Program-made: the position numbers and the translations under genes
IMG/VR virus record: IMGVR_UViG_3300045988_093513
Span: 4,841-68,840 of that record
Reading direction: 5' to 3' (one strand)
Source: a virus
Length of the DNA stretch: 64,000 nucleotides
Notes under the pieces: model-generated
The model's input: only the letters and a program-made list of their open reading frames with translations
Databases searched by the model: none
What the model was told of the DNA's origin: nothing
In this document: positions 19,139 through 32,000 of the stretch, in pieces
How positions within the stretch are numbered: position 1 is the first letter of the stretch
Layout of the letters: each line of letters opens with the position of its first letter

Positions 19139-19660
19139 ATGACTGAATCTAAGTTTAAAGTAGGTGATAGAGTATATGCTCCATTCCGTGGTTACGGTAC
19201 TGTAATAAGGGCAAAGGATGATTACGCTGTCTACCCAGTGGTAGTAAAGTGGGATAAAGGTAGTGCTGAGGACATTAGCACGTTTACTTCAGATGGTCGT
19301 TTATCTATATATATTAACGACGATTATACTTATACAATTACAGATGAAGAGCACACACTTAACAAAGAGGAGAAAGATTCTAAATCAGACAAGGAGGTTA
19401 AAGCAATGGCTGATAACAAAGTAAAGATTGAGTATTCACCGATTAACCCTTCTCATTATAGGGTAGATGGTATCCCAGAGGCTATTGATATTATGGAACA
19501 TCTCATGACACAGGAGCAGTTTAAAGGATTCCTTTGGGGTAATATTATTAAATATGCGTATCGATATGGACGCAAGGGAGATGAACACGATACAGCGGGT
19601 AAGATTGAGTGGTACGCAAATAGACTTAAGGAAGCGTGTGGAGAAAAGGGGAAGTCGTAA
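19139..19660 (+). CDS. DUF3310-like phage protein (small N-terminal beta domain plus C-terminal DUF3310 motif)
   Basis: 'NPSHYRVDGIPEAIDIMEHL...FKGFLWGNIIKYAYRYGRKG...KIEWYANRL' matches the PSHY...GF.GN.iKY..R.G.K...KakhY pattern of DUF3310 proteins. Confidence 0.65.
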   Translation: MTESKFKVGDRVYAPFRGYGTVIRAKDDYAVYPVVVKWDKGSAEDISTFTSDGRLSIYINDDYTYTITDEEHTLNKEEKDSKSDKEVKAMADNKVKIEYSPINPSHYRVDGIPEAIDIMEHLMTQEQFKGFLWGNIIKYAYRYGRKGDEHDTAGKIEWYANRLKEACGEKGKS

Positions 19661-19975
19661 ATGAAACTAAAAGAGTATTTATATTGCTTAGTTGCCGACC
19701 AGCCAGTGGCTATTGAAGATGCGGAAGAAGACACTAGCATAAGTTGGCTTGATAGGGATACTACATTTGCGGATAAAACGTTAATCCCTAAAGAGATTCT
19801 TGATTTAGAAGTGTATAAGTTTTGCGGCAATACCTATTACCCTGGTAACTTCTGTTCAGAAGAAGATGAATGCTTCTATGACCCTTATGAAGATTGGTAT
19901 GGATGTGTTAAGTTTTATGTTAAGGGTTTTCAGAAAGTAAAAGACAAACTAGGATTTAAAGGAATGGTTAAGTAA
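19661..19975 (+). CDS. Hypothetical protein
   Basis: 104-aa ORF translationally coupled to the upstream gene (TAAATG). Confidence 0.55.
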   Translation: MKLKEYLYCLVADQPVAIEDAEEDTSISWLDRDTTFADKTLIPKEILDLEVYKFCGNTYYPGNFCSEEDECFYDPYEDWYGCVKFYVKGFQKVKDKLGFKGMVK

Positions 19976-19977
19976 AT

Positions 19978-20013
19978 AAAAAAATAGGGAGGCGAAAGCC
20001 TCCCCTTTTTTAT
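19978..20013. terminator. Bidirectional rho-independent terminator
   Basis: gggaggc-gaaa-gcctccc hairpin, with an A-run upstream and T6 downstream. It separates the plus-strand island from the convergent giant gene. Confidence 0.75.
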
Positions 20014-20017
20014 TGGT

Positions 20018-23000
20018 TTAATTCAGTAAGTTACCAAGTGCTCTTACGTTAGAACGTACAATATCAGCTTCTTCATTATCCGATTTAGTTACCATCTTTT
20101 CCGCCTGTTCTGCTGTAACCTTTGGCTTAATATATTTATCTACTGCTTTGTGCGCCTGTTCTGGTGTCTTGCCATAGGATTGCAGTTTTCTAAGATTAGC
20201 TTCTGTCGGATTGTTAACGTAGGCAATCATTACGTCTTTAGCACTGTTAGAGTAATCTTGGTTAATATCTGTTACAAATCTGTTGAGGTCTGTATTAAGT
20301 TTATTCTCGATTGGGTTAAAGCCCATAATGTTTTTAGCTCTATCTACATCACTCATAGACTGGTACTCTGTCTTAGGCATTAACTTACTGTAAGAATAAT
20401 ACTGTCCTCTTGCCGCCTGTAACCATCTTGATGCCGCTGGTACTGCTTTCAACCAAGCAAACATCAGTTGGTCTGTTGTATACTTATCATACATGATGGC
20501 ATCGAAGCTTGCACCAGCAGCAGAACTAAAGTCGATAGCTGTACCTAACGACGGGCCACCAAGGTTACGTAGGTCTGTCGGGTCTTTCATGATATCGGAA
20601 AGACCTACCTTCTTACTGATATCTACACCGAACACCGGAGCTGCAATACCGTAGCACAGTGCTTCACCGATATCACGTGAGAACTGGTCGTTTCTTCTTC
20701 CAGCTGCTTTCAGAATAAAAGCCTTTATCCAATCTTCTGGGTTTGTACCAGTGATTGCTTGGCTCATACCAGAAATCATAGTCATCATCGGGATACCGGA
20801 AATAACACCAGAGAACAACATCATTGTTCCAAGGAATCTCTTGAGTTCTGTACTCTTCTTATTCTTAAGCATCCAGTACATAAAGTGGAATGTCTGGAAT
20901 CCGTAAGATGCAAACTGGAATACACACTTAGCAAGCTGTCCGCCTTTAGCCAAGAGTAGTGGGTCTGTTGCTCTGTTGAAGTTAAAGTTCGTGCGATATA
21001 CGAAATCTCTAATTGTAGCCATACGCTGTGCGTTATATTCTTCTTCGCCAATCTCAGACTTGCTTTCTCTGAACGCCTTATACTTAGGACTGGTATCAAT
21101 GAGATTCTGTGCTACAAGTGCAGCAAACAATCTACATGCAAGGTCTGCACCTCTGAATCCACTCATACTTAAATCAAGAATCTTCTTACCTGTCTTTGGC
21201 ATCTTGTCGATAATACTTTCGCCTTCGTATGCACTACCAGCGTTACCCAACTGAGTAGCCATATCGTTCATAACCGATTCACCGTCTTTGCCATTCAGTG
21301 TATCGAGCATTTCGTCGAACACTTGCAGTTCGATAGCTGTCTTATCTCCCCGTTTTATAGCTTCGTCAAATGCCTTTTCACCTTCTTGTTCAAGTAAGCT
21401 CTTCCCTTTCTTAGTAAGGTACAGGTCTGCCATTACCTGCTGAATTTCTTTGCCGTATTGGCTTACGTCAAACTCGCCTTTCAAAATATCAGACGGCTTA
21501 TGTGCCTTAGTTAAGATACCTGGCATCTTCTTCATTGCATAAGCAAACGCACTTTCTCCCCCGAGTGCATACACGTTAGCTAACTGTGCATACTGTGCGA
21601 GTGCCGTACTCACGTTGAACATACCAAGTTTTAAGTATACGTTGACAGCGATACTGTTATGAAGTAATGCGGGAAGCCACATGTCTGGGAGGTATACACC
21701 ACATGCATTCAAGATATTACGCATACCAGGAACCGCATAGATAGCATCAACCACCATAACACTGAGTCTTCTCATGAATGCATCAGCCGGCTTATCTCTA
21801 CCATTCATATTATCTACGAGTTCGCACATAATATTGTATGGAGAATAGTAAGAGTCTCTCCTAGTTCTATCATAGTTTCTTCCTGTGTACTTGTAGATAG
21901 TCTGCGTCATATCTCTATAGAATGGAGTGAGTGCTTCTACACTATTCACGGTGTGTAAATAATGTTTGAGAGAACCGATAACGTCATGGGAATACAGTCC
22001 GCTATTAGATGTACGTTCACGGGCGTAGTTAGCCGCTAAATACTGTGCACCATTTGCTTTTAAAGCGTCGCTAACTTGTCTGAATGTCTGCACTTTATCT
22101 TTGCCAACACGAATCATCCTGGCTGTCTGAATCAAACGTGGCTTATACTTACCAAATTCTTCCTCGTCTTCTTTATCCATATTGCGAAGAGCGTTAACAA
22201 CTCTTTCGATACTATCGTCGCCCTGCCATTCTTCACTATCATTAAATTTCTTGCGAATAAATTTTGCAAGTCTACCAGAGATATCTGTTTCGGCTTCTTT
22301 CTTACCTCTGCTAACATCCTTCTCTGTGAGAGTACCAATAGATGTATCAACGTTACCGACAATATCTGTACGACCGCCGCCCTGTTCTTGCAGCCATTCA
22401 TCACGTGTCTTTTCTACATATCGTTCGTTCTGTCCGATAGGATGTTCGTTTCTGTATTTAGACCTATCACGTTTGCTTTCAAAAGAACCAATGCTATATG
22501 TAATAACGTGATAATACTTATCGCCTCTCTGGACGATAAAGCCTTCGTCTTTAGATTTCTCATTCTTGTTGGCCTGCTCCTCTGTAATCTCGTGCCATAC
22601 TTCTTTCTGTAGAATATATCTAGCATAGTATCTCGGTGCGTATGCATGCAAGAACCCAGTATGTACACGATTGATGATATCATCATTCTGCAAAGCTCTC
22701 TTCTGTTCTCTTTCGTATGCGTTCATCAGTAACGCACGATATAGTGCTTGGCTTGCGATAAACCCATCGATGACAGGTTGAGCGTATCCTCTCTGTTTCA
22801 TGAGTTTACGTCTGAATTGTTCGCATTCTCTTAATACCTGCTTTTGTAATCTAGCTCTCATGCGAGCCTGACCTTCTACGCCAGTGCCATCTTCGTTCGA
22901 TGGATATGCAATGAACAGGTTCTTGAACTTACCGTTCTGCATGCGTTCATCTTTACATGCATAGAATACCAGTGTACCAGTATCTTCTCTGTACCAGAAG

Positions 23001-26000
23001 GCTTGATTCTTGTAGAACTTTTTCTTTTTCTTGTCGTAATATTCTTTCATCTTTTCAATCTTGTCGTTCATTTTAGCCATGGCTGTAGCCTTATCTGGCT
23101 GATTATGCAGAACAAAGAATATGTCATCATCGTATACTTTAAGCATAGCATTCTTACCAGAAGAAGAGCGATTCTTACATCTTTCGTCCTGCCCAGCTTC
23201 GTATGGAAGGTCGAACAGTTCGACAAGGTCTCTACCTCTATCACTGTTGACATTGATTTCAGTATTGAAGTACTGTCTCAATGCCTTGGTCTGTAACTCG
23301 TTTCCGTCAATGGTGAGGAGCTGTTGCAACTGCTTAACGTATGCGTCACTCTTTGCATTTAATTCCTGCTGATAAGCGATAGAACGCTGCGATTCATCGA
23401 ACAGTCTGTCTGCGTCTTCTTTGTTAACAAGTTCTTCCAACCATCTCATACCTGGAATCAATGCGAGCTTAATGTCCTTGGCATGGTTAAGTCCACTGGT
23501 GGATGTCTGAGAGAATGTCTTGTTGCGTTTGTTTGCGATAGCGTACAGTAATTGCATGAACTTACCACGTGGAGAACCAGCGTCATGAGATACATCTCGT
23601 GCATTGGTAATAACACCCTTGCTAGTACCAACGTCAACCTTCTTCTTTTCCTTTTTCTTTTTAACTGTTGCGTGCTGATTAGTCTGCGTTTTAAAGTTGA
23701 GTACACCAAAGTTAGAATTCGATGTAAGTTCACTTATAGATTCTGCCGCCTTCTTTAACTGTTCTCTCATTCTCTTCTTGTCTTTATTTCTGATTTCATG
23801 TTTTGGGTCTTGTACATCTAACTCACGAAGCAGTTCTGCAGATTTATAAAGCCATGTAGTCATGAAGGCTGAAGAATCGCTTCCTGCGATATTTCTTCTT
23901 TCATTATCGCCAGTGGTATTCGGTGGCGTTGTATCCAAGTGACTATACGTTTCTGTAATTAATTGCTTCGTCGAGTAGAATAATGGTATTTCTTTATTGA
24001 CTGTTTTAGCACCGAATATAATACTTGGTAATATCATACTCATGACTAAGGTTTCATAGTTGCTTGCATCAACGTTTTTGTAGAACATACCAAGTGTGGT
24101 CGCCCCGACTTTGCTGACGAATCTAGCGTCACCAGTCTTAGTACCATCATATCCGATTAAGTTTGCTATAGTCCACATAGCCGCTGTATCTTCGACAAGT
24201 TTATTTACATCTACAAGTTCTGTAATTGCCAGTATTTGTCCCGCTAACAAACTATCGTTATTATTTAAAATCTTGAGAGACTTTTCAAGCTCTTTTTTAA
24301 GTGCTCGACCGATAGCTTCTTCGGCATCGTCCTTTAAATCCTCTGGAAGTTCCTGTGCGTTTCTATCTACGGCAAGACCTCCAAACTTCTCATCTTTCCA
24401 GTTTGCGTCACTAGGAAGTGCAAGTCTATACTTACCTTTTGCTACGTCAATCGTTACTGCTTCATCGGTGAATGCATGCATTAACTCGTGGTATACTGTA
24501 GAACGATGGTCGTCTGCTACTATCCTACCCATAGACTCTTTATATCCACTATCTTTATTCAGCCGGCTTGCAATATATGGAGCTACACCCAACGTGTTGC
24601 TTGCTCTATTTACAAACAGTGTGTGTGCAAATTGAACATTTACATTTTTATCCAGATGTCCTTTGAGGTTAGCGCCCAAGAACGCCGTGTTTTCTTTACT
24701 CATTCTAATAACATCTTCTTTTGGCGTCCCTAAGAGTTCTGAACTCAAATCTCTGATTGCATCTACGGTTAACGGTTTCAGTTCGTGTAACTGTTTGCCA
24801 TAGATTATATCGATTGCATTCGGTAAATCTACATTCTTTACACTGTAAGACTGGTTAGAATTAAAGAGCTCTGGTCTTGTAGTTACACTTTTAAGAAGTT
24901 TATCAAGGATGTCTACAGTTTTGTTTGCAGAATCAAGACCTTTTAATCTTTTCGATGCTATTGTGAATAGCGAACAAAGGTTAGCAATATCAGTGTACGA
25001 TAACTTATCTTTCTGTGCAAGTTCGTAGCTGAATGTATGTAACGATGTGATTAAACCATCACTGCCCATCGCACTATCGTTATGCGCCATCATCAGATAG
25101 TTATAATTTGGGTCCGCCATTAAGTCTTCAATGGTGTATGGAATATCCTTACCGTACTCTTCTTTTAAGTCCGACTTATCTACAGAACCCATGTACTGCA
25201 ATAAAGTAGCGATAGGGTTTTCATATGGTTCGAGCTTGTTCTTTGCTTTCCACTTTGTAGAATCTATATCATGAATATCAACTCTACCTTTGATATTCTT
25301 AATCGGAGAGCTATCGGTGATATCAAGTTTCTTGACAACGTAATACCCATCCTGATAGTCCATGATGTTTAAAGCACCAAGGATTGCTTCCCTAAGTTTG
25401 GTGTACGCCCACGAATTAATGTACCCGCTTTCTTTTGTCTCTTCGTCGCTATAGTCAAACTTCGGCTTCTTGTTTACAACAACGAATCTCTTATCTTTTT
25501 TATCTACTCGAAGAGAGATTGCGTTAACATCGTCACGGAATTCATTTGGCCCTTCGGAAAATATTGGTTTGTTTTGAGGGTTGTGAGAAGTTCCAAACTT
25601 TTTTATCAAAGATGTGTTTCTAGCTCTCCCTGCAATTTCCATCTGCTCGAGATGAACAAATCTATTAACGTCCGCCTTAATCTGTTTCATAACTCGCTCA
25701 CGCACTGTTGCTTCCGATTCGTTTTTCTCTTTTGCTACCTTTTGAATGTATCCATTAAGGCCGTTATTGATAAGAGCTTCTTTAGGAAGCGTATTGTTTA
25801 TAGCTAATACTGCCTTTACAATAACGTTGTTAGAAATACCAGATTCGTCGATGTTAAAATAGTCATGTAACAATGTAGTGATGGCACCAACTACAGTACC
25901 AGACGACTGCAGAACACCGTGGTCCGTGGAATAATTAGTGTCACCAGGTTTAGAACCTTCTTTCTTGGCGAAGAATTCTGTAACGTTACCTTTAACTAAG

Positions 26001-29000
26001 TTAGGTTCTACTTTTTCTTTTCCGAGAGCTGCGTTTGCTGCGCTCTCTTCACGGACGGAAGTAATTACCCAGTTATCTGCCCGACAAAATTCTTTGAGTT
26101 TAGCGAGTCTATCCTCTTCTTTGTTAGCTCCTTTATATTCTTTATACTGTTTGTCCGTTAACAGGTACTTATTTCCTTTGTAGGATACGACACGTTCTTC
26201 GCTTCTCTCTGCTGCGAACTTTCCTTTGTTTGTTCCGTATGCGTAGTTGTATACTACTTTACTAAGCTTTACATCTCGATGGCCAGGGGCTGCCTTATTT
26301 GGGTCTACCTTATGTTCTCTCTTCATCTTATCGGCGATACTTTCAATCTTAGCTTCGAGTGCTTTCGATAACAGTATCGCATCTACTTTTGTGACACCGT
26401 GTTGCACAGCAAACCCTAACTTCAGAGCTACACTACTATCCGTCGGATAGAAATGCCCAGCACCCATCATGCCAGCAGAGAGTACACCACGCTTTGCCTT
26501 ATTAATAGCGTTCTTCCACCTATTAATAAAGTTGTCTTTTGTTTTGTTGTATTTATCCTCGGTCTTAACTTTTTCTATATACCCTTTGCTACACTCTTCC
26601 CACAGGTCTTCAATCCACTTATCTGTAAATTTATTCAACCCGCTGATTGTGTCTTCGTCGTATCCGAGCACTTTCATAATCTGTTTATATTTTTCTACGG
26701 TTACCTGTCTACGTTTCCCGTTTTCTGTTACGATAAGAGACATATCGCTGATATTAATATCGTCAATGCTGGACTTGTTATCGGCTATATACTTACCAAC
26801 AAACTTACTTTCTTCAAATTCGCTTTCTGGCATCATCATTGCCGTGGTTTTAGTGTTAAGCCACGGGAATTTAGTGGTACGTCTATTTACAAGTTTATTA
26901 ACTTCCTGACCATCGACATGCATCTTGCTGATAATGTTATGGCTATAACTTAAGCCAAATAGTTTTCTACCTCTTTGGTCTTTTTGAACGTCTTCGCAGA
27001 TTTGTTTAAGCCCTTGTTCAAAGTTTCTCATGCTAACATACCAATGGTCTCTATCAAGACCTTTAGTTTCAGCGGTAGGGAATAAGCCGTTAATTTTTTT
27101 GATTAAATCAATAGCGTATTCTCGAACATTGTCTGCGTCAGAACTATCTTTATGTTGTGCAAATTCAGATTCACCAATGTCGCCATAGTTATCTCTTACT
27201 GTTCTTACGATAAATGCAATCATAAGATTTGCTTTTTCAGTAGAAGACAGGAATGCGCCATCCTGGTTCTGCCGCTTCAACATATTTTTATAAAGCCCCG
27301 TATCCAGTTCATTACATAACTGAATCTCGAATGATGTAATGGCAAGATAACGAGCTGCTTGGGCTGCTACCGCATAATCAAAACTTCTTTCGAGTGTAAG
27401 GTTGTTGTTGTCTATATAGTCGTGGTGAATTGATGTTACTGCATTTTTTTCGTTCTCCACGCCATCGCCAGTTTTATCTTGACTCTTATCTCCGATATCG
27501 TCATCGTCTTCGCTATGCTGTTCTTTACTGCCTTTGGTTTTCTTCTGCCTATTCGTTTTAGCCTCTTGCTTTTTCACGTCTTCGTTATCTACCTGCATAT
27601 ATTTATCCTTAGCTGCTTCAGCTAAGGCAATAGCTTCTGCTATTATATTGGCTTTTGAAACCGCAACAGCTCTACCATTCTTAGTTAAGAGTTCATTTCC
27701 GGCGACATTGTTTATAAATGCATCTCGTGTGAGACCAATATAATCGGAAAGTTCAATATCTGGTTGCGATACCTTATCGCTTTTTTTAGAATTACCATAC
27801 GCTGCTCGCAGAATAAATGTCTTGCCATATTCGTTTGCCTTCAGCTCAACATCTTTCGGTACTTTACTTAATGATTCTACGATATCTTCTTTAATATTAC
27901 CAAGCTTCTGCATCATTCGATATGCGTTCCAAGCTTCCTCGCCCTTATCTGTATTCACTACAGAAAGGAAAGCATCCGAGAAGGCGTAAATAAACTCACG
28001 AGTGTAGTCTTCAAAGTCTTTATCAGTACCAGTTTTCTTAAAATTATTCAGTAATTCTCTCAGGTGTTCTGCGTATGGCCCACGAACCATTTCGTTATTA
28101 ACTGCGGCGATAATTTCCATACGACCAGTGGATTTAATGCCTTGTTGTGGCTGAGCATATTGCTCTAATAACCATGGAAGTGCATCTGCAAACTTTTCCA
28201 TTCCGTATTCGTGGAGTTCTTTCGGCATACTATATGAAGACATGTCCTGAACCAACCGGTACGCTGTCTGCTTGTCCTCATCCGCACCAACAAACAGGTC
28301 GCCAGTTACGGAGTAAAGCTGTCTAGGTGTAAGCTTTGCCAGAATAATACTATTTCCACCACGGTCTACTATGTATTGCTGATATTTGCTATTCAAAACG
28401 TACCAGAACCATGTGTTTAAGCTAGCGACACCCTTAGAATTCTCAGGGTCTTGCTCCATCTTAACACGTACTCCATCATACGTTGCGATAGCTGTATGAA
28501 TAGCGCCAGGTAAGATATCGAGCAGGTCTGCGTAGGCACTTCTAAAGTCGGTCGGGTTGTCAAAATCAACAACACCATTACGGTTTGCACCGTTAGCTAC
28601 CGTCATTTTATCACGAAGCAGGTTGATACCATAAGACGCAAGAGCACCAAAGGCAGCCATGTATTGCATCTTGGCATGGAACTCTTCTTCTTTACTCTTA
28701 AATTTATGAGCTCCACCAAGAAAACTAATATACTGTTTCGCCTCTGGTAATATGGTCACTAGATTAGCGAAAGACATCCTGTTGATAGTACCGTAGTGTT
28801 TACCAACAACGTCTTTTAATTCTTTATATAACTTCCCTTTACGATACTCATTGTAGCGTTGACTTGCTTTAACGTCTACGGAGTCCTGAACAACTCCTGT
28901 CTGCACAAACTTTAACGTGGGCAGGTCTTTATCTTTTGGTAACTCCTGTGCATTATTCGCTTCACCGTTACGGCTAGCAATAATGTCGTTTATTCTATTG

Positions 29001-32000
29001 AAAGTGGCGTTCAGACTATCGAGTTCGTCCAAGAGGTCGTCTTCGCTAATATCATCTTCGTCCATAAGGTCGTCTTCGATATGAGTTTCATCCTCACTAC
29101 CTTTGTCTGGTGTACCACCATCTTCTTTGAACAGCGGGCTATCTTCTTCCTGTAATTTATGTGCTATTTTTTTCTTGTCAGTTTGTTTTGTACTGGTTTC
29201 GGAACTTTCGGTTTCGCTGCTCGTGCCATTGTTGTCGAACCGCCCCTGTTGATGTGTGTTCCTCCCAGCTTCTGTCCTGGTTTCTGTTTTGCTGTCCGTA
29301 CTACCTTTGGCATTCTTGGGTGGCTGAGTGTTTTCATTTTTCCCTCCTGTTGAAATCTTTGTAATCGAATCGTTAGATTGCACTGGCTGTTGCTGTGTAT
29401 TGCCAGTTGTATCTTTCGGTGTATTAGTATTGTCCTGCTTCTTAGGGGTGACAGCGACATTGTTATTGTTTTTGTTGGTAGCACTATTTGTATTGTCTTT
29501 TGCGTTTACACCAATGACGCTATTATAAACATCATCTGGAATGCTCTTTAGAATAGTAACGGCTGCTGGTTTTGCGGCGTCATCATCGGCTCTTCTGAAA
29601 ACTTCCAAGGCAGGTTTTGGAATATTGAGAGCATTTCTCTTATCAAGCTTGTCGATAATGTTCCGTGCTCTATCTAATCCGTTTGGTGTGTTAATATTTG
29701 CGATAACATTAACCCTTGAATTTCTATCGTTATTTACACTGTCTTCTACTGGATTGGTAGTTTTACCTACGTTCTCCGGCTCTTTCATTTCCGCCGTTAA
29801 ATAACGCTGATTTGCAGCATTTTGAACGTTTTGCACTTGCGGCTGTACTACCTGCTGTGCCACCTGTGGTCTTGCCAGACCACCAAGTGGAGACGTGTTA
29901 AGTCTATCAGTGTGTACTGGTGCTTGTGTCTGTTCTACTCTCTGCTGTGTAACTGCTTCTTGTTTTGTCATGATAGGCTTCTGTACTACTGGGGTCTGCT
30001 GTTCTGTCTGTACTTTCTGTGCTGCCTGTTCCTGCGGCTTCTGTAATTTCTGCTGAGTTTCTTCTACAACCGGTTGTTCTACCAGTTCTTCCACCGGTAC
30101 ATCAGTAACATCTACAACAGGCTGCTGTTCCTGTGTTCTTTCCTGTCTATTCTTCGCTTCCATATAAGCGTTAGGGTCAACGGCTCTAAGTACATCTCTG
30201 ATAGCATTAGTATCATCATTGTTCGCTCTATCAAGAAGTTGCTGATTAACTTTCAAGAATCTGCTCTTGGTTTTATCAGCCAATTCTTCTGCCTTACCGT
30301 TCGGGGCAAGAGAGCGAATAATTTCCTGTGCTCTCTGGATAGCTTCTGTATCAGCGTCTTTCTTTCCAACACTTTTAATAACATTTTTAATATCATTCTT
30401 TACTGCGTCTAATTCCTGTTTTGCCTGTTCAGCCTGAGCTTTCTTTTCGTTATTACGTTCTCTTACGGCATTTACTACGTTCTTTCTATCAAGGTTAGAC
30501 AGAATATAGTAAGCGGCGTTAGTGTCACCGTTTACTGCTTTATTTAACAATTCAGGAGAAAGCTTTGCATTCCCATCTGGAATATTTTCATTGATTGCAT
30601 TAATGTCTGCATTGTTATATGCTCTAGTGAGAATATCTGGCAGGTCTGCCATTTTAGCTCTAGTATCATCAACGAACTGAGACATTGCATCGTTATGTTC
30701 AATAGGCTGCGGCTCTTTTTCTACTGGAGTTGTAATTGCATTTTGCAGTACAGGTGCTTCCTGTGTGACGGTACTTGGCATAACTGGCGCTGTATTACCC
30801 TGCTGTGGCATTACAGTATCACCAGTCAGAGACATAGTATTGTCATCAACTACGTTCGGCATAAGAGGCTGTTCTACTGGTACTTCGTGTCCAATATAGT
30901 CGGACAGGTCTGTACTATCTGCCATAGCATTAGCAATACCAGTTGTCTGCATTAGGTTGTTATAGTCGTTCTTAGCTTCGGCTGTCGGGCCAAGAGAATC
31001 AATATTGTTATACAGGTAACGTCCTGCATTACGCACACCGGCTACACCTACACCAGAGACAAGTGTTGGCAAAAATGCGGAGTTGAACGAGTTGATTTCA
31101 TCGTCAGTAAAGTTGCCTCGGTTGCCATTAGCAATATCACGGAAGAAACTGCCAGCGTCAGCACGGTCATCGTCAAACTTATTAGACATTGCGTCCTGTA
31201 CACGCTGCTGCCATGCTTCCTGAAAGCCTTCGCCAAACGCATTCGTCAGTCTGTTGCCGATAAAGTCGATTGGTTTACTAGCTGTTGACAATCCATACGC
31301 AGCTCGCCCAAGCATAGTATCAGCACGTGCAGTGTCGCCTAAAAGTGCGCTAGCTACTTTACCGCCATTAGAAGCTAATGCATCGGCAATACCAGCCTTC
31401 GCAAGACCTTTTCCGGCAAGAGAGAATAAACCACCAGTAGCACCAGTAGCTACATCAATCGCAGTGTCCATGAAAGAAGAACCAATAAGTTCTGCATTCT
31501 TATATGGGTCACCTGTAAAGCTATCCCATGCCGACTGGTCAATAGTACCATCGTATACGGTGCCAATAGGTCTCTGACCAGCTGCAATCTGTGCTTCCAT
31601 GTTGTCTCTCTTGGCGTCCATATAGTTTTGACCGAAGTTAGCACCAATTTCAAGACCAGCGCTACCTAAGATACCAAGAGCAGGAAGAGCCATTCCACCG
31701 CCAGCTGCTAATGCTGCACCTGCTAACATACCCGGTGCAGAAGAACCAAGCATAGTACCAGCGTCACTGGAAAGACCATGCGGGTCAATAAGGTATCCGA
31801 GAGACCAACGAGACTTGTCTGGGTTATTATCATAGTCATTAGCCCAGTCAGAGTATCTTGCCGCCTGTCTTGTAAGGTCGCCACCAACACCAGCTAACCA
31901 TGGGCTATCTGCTACTACCCCAGCAGCAGTTAAAGCTCCGCCAAGCGTAGACTCGGCAGAGCTTGTAAAACTGTCCCAAAAACTTCCAATGGCCCCTTGG

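Noticed and set aside
20150-31577. Numerous 60-180-aa plus-strand ORFs inside the giant gene (e.g. 22076-22612, 24096-24635, 26453-26953)
   Set aside because: They lie antisense to a continuous 12-kb ORF, have low-complexity translations and lack RBSs. They are shadow ORFs.
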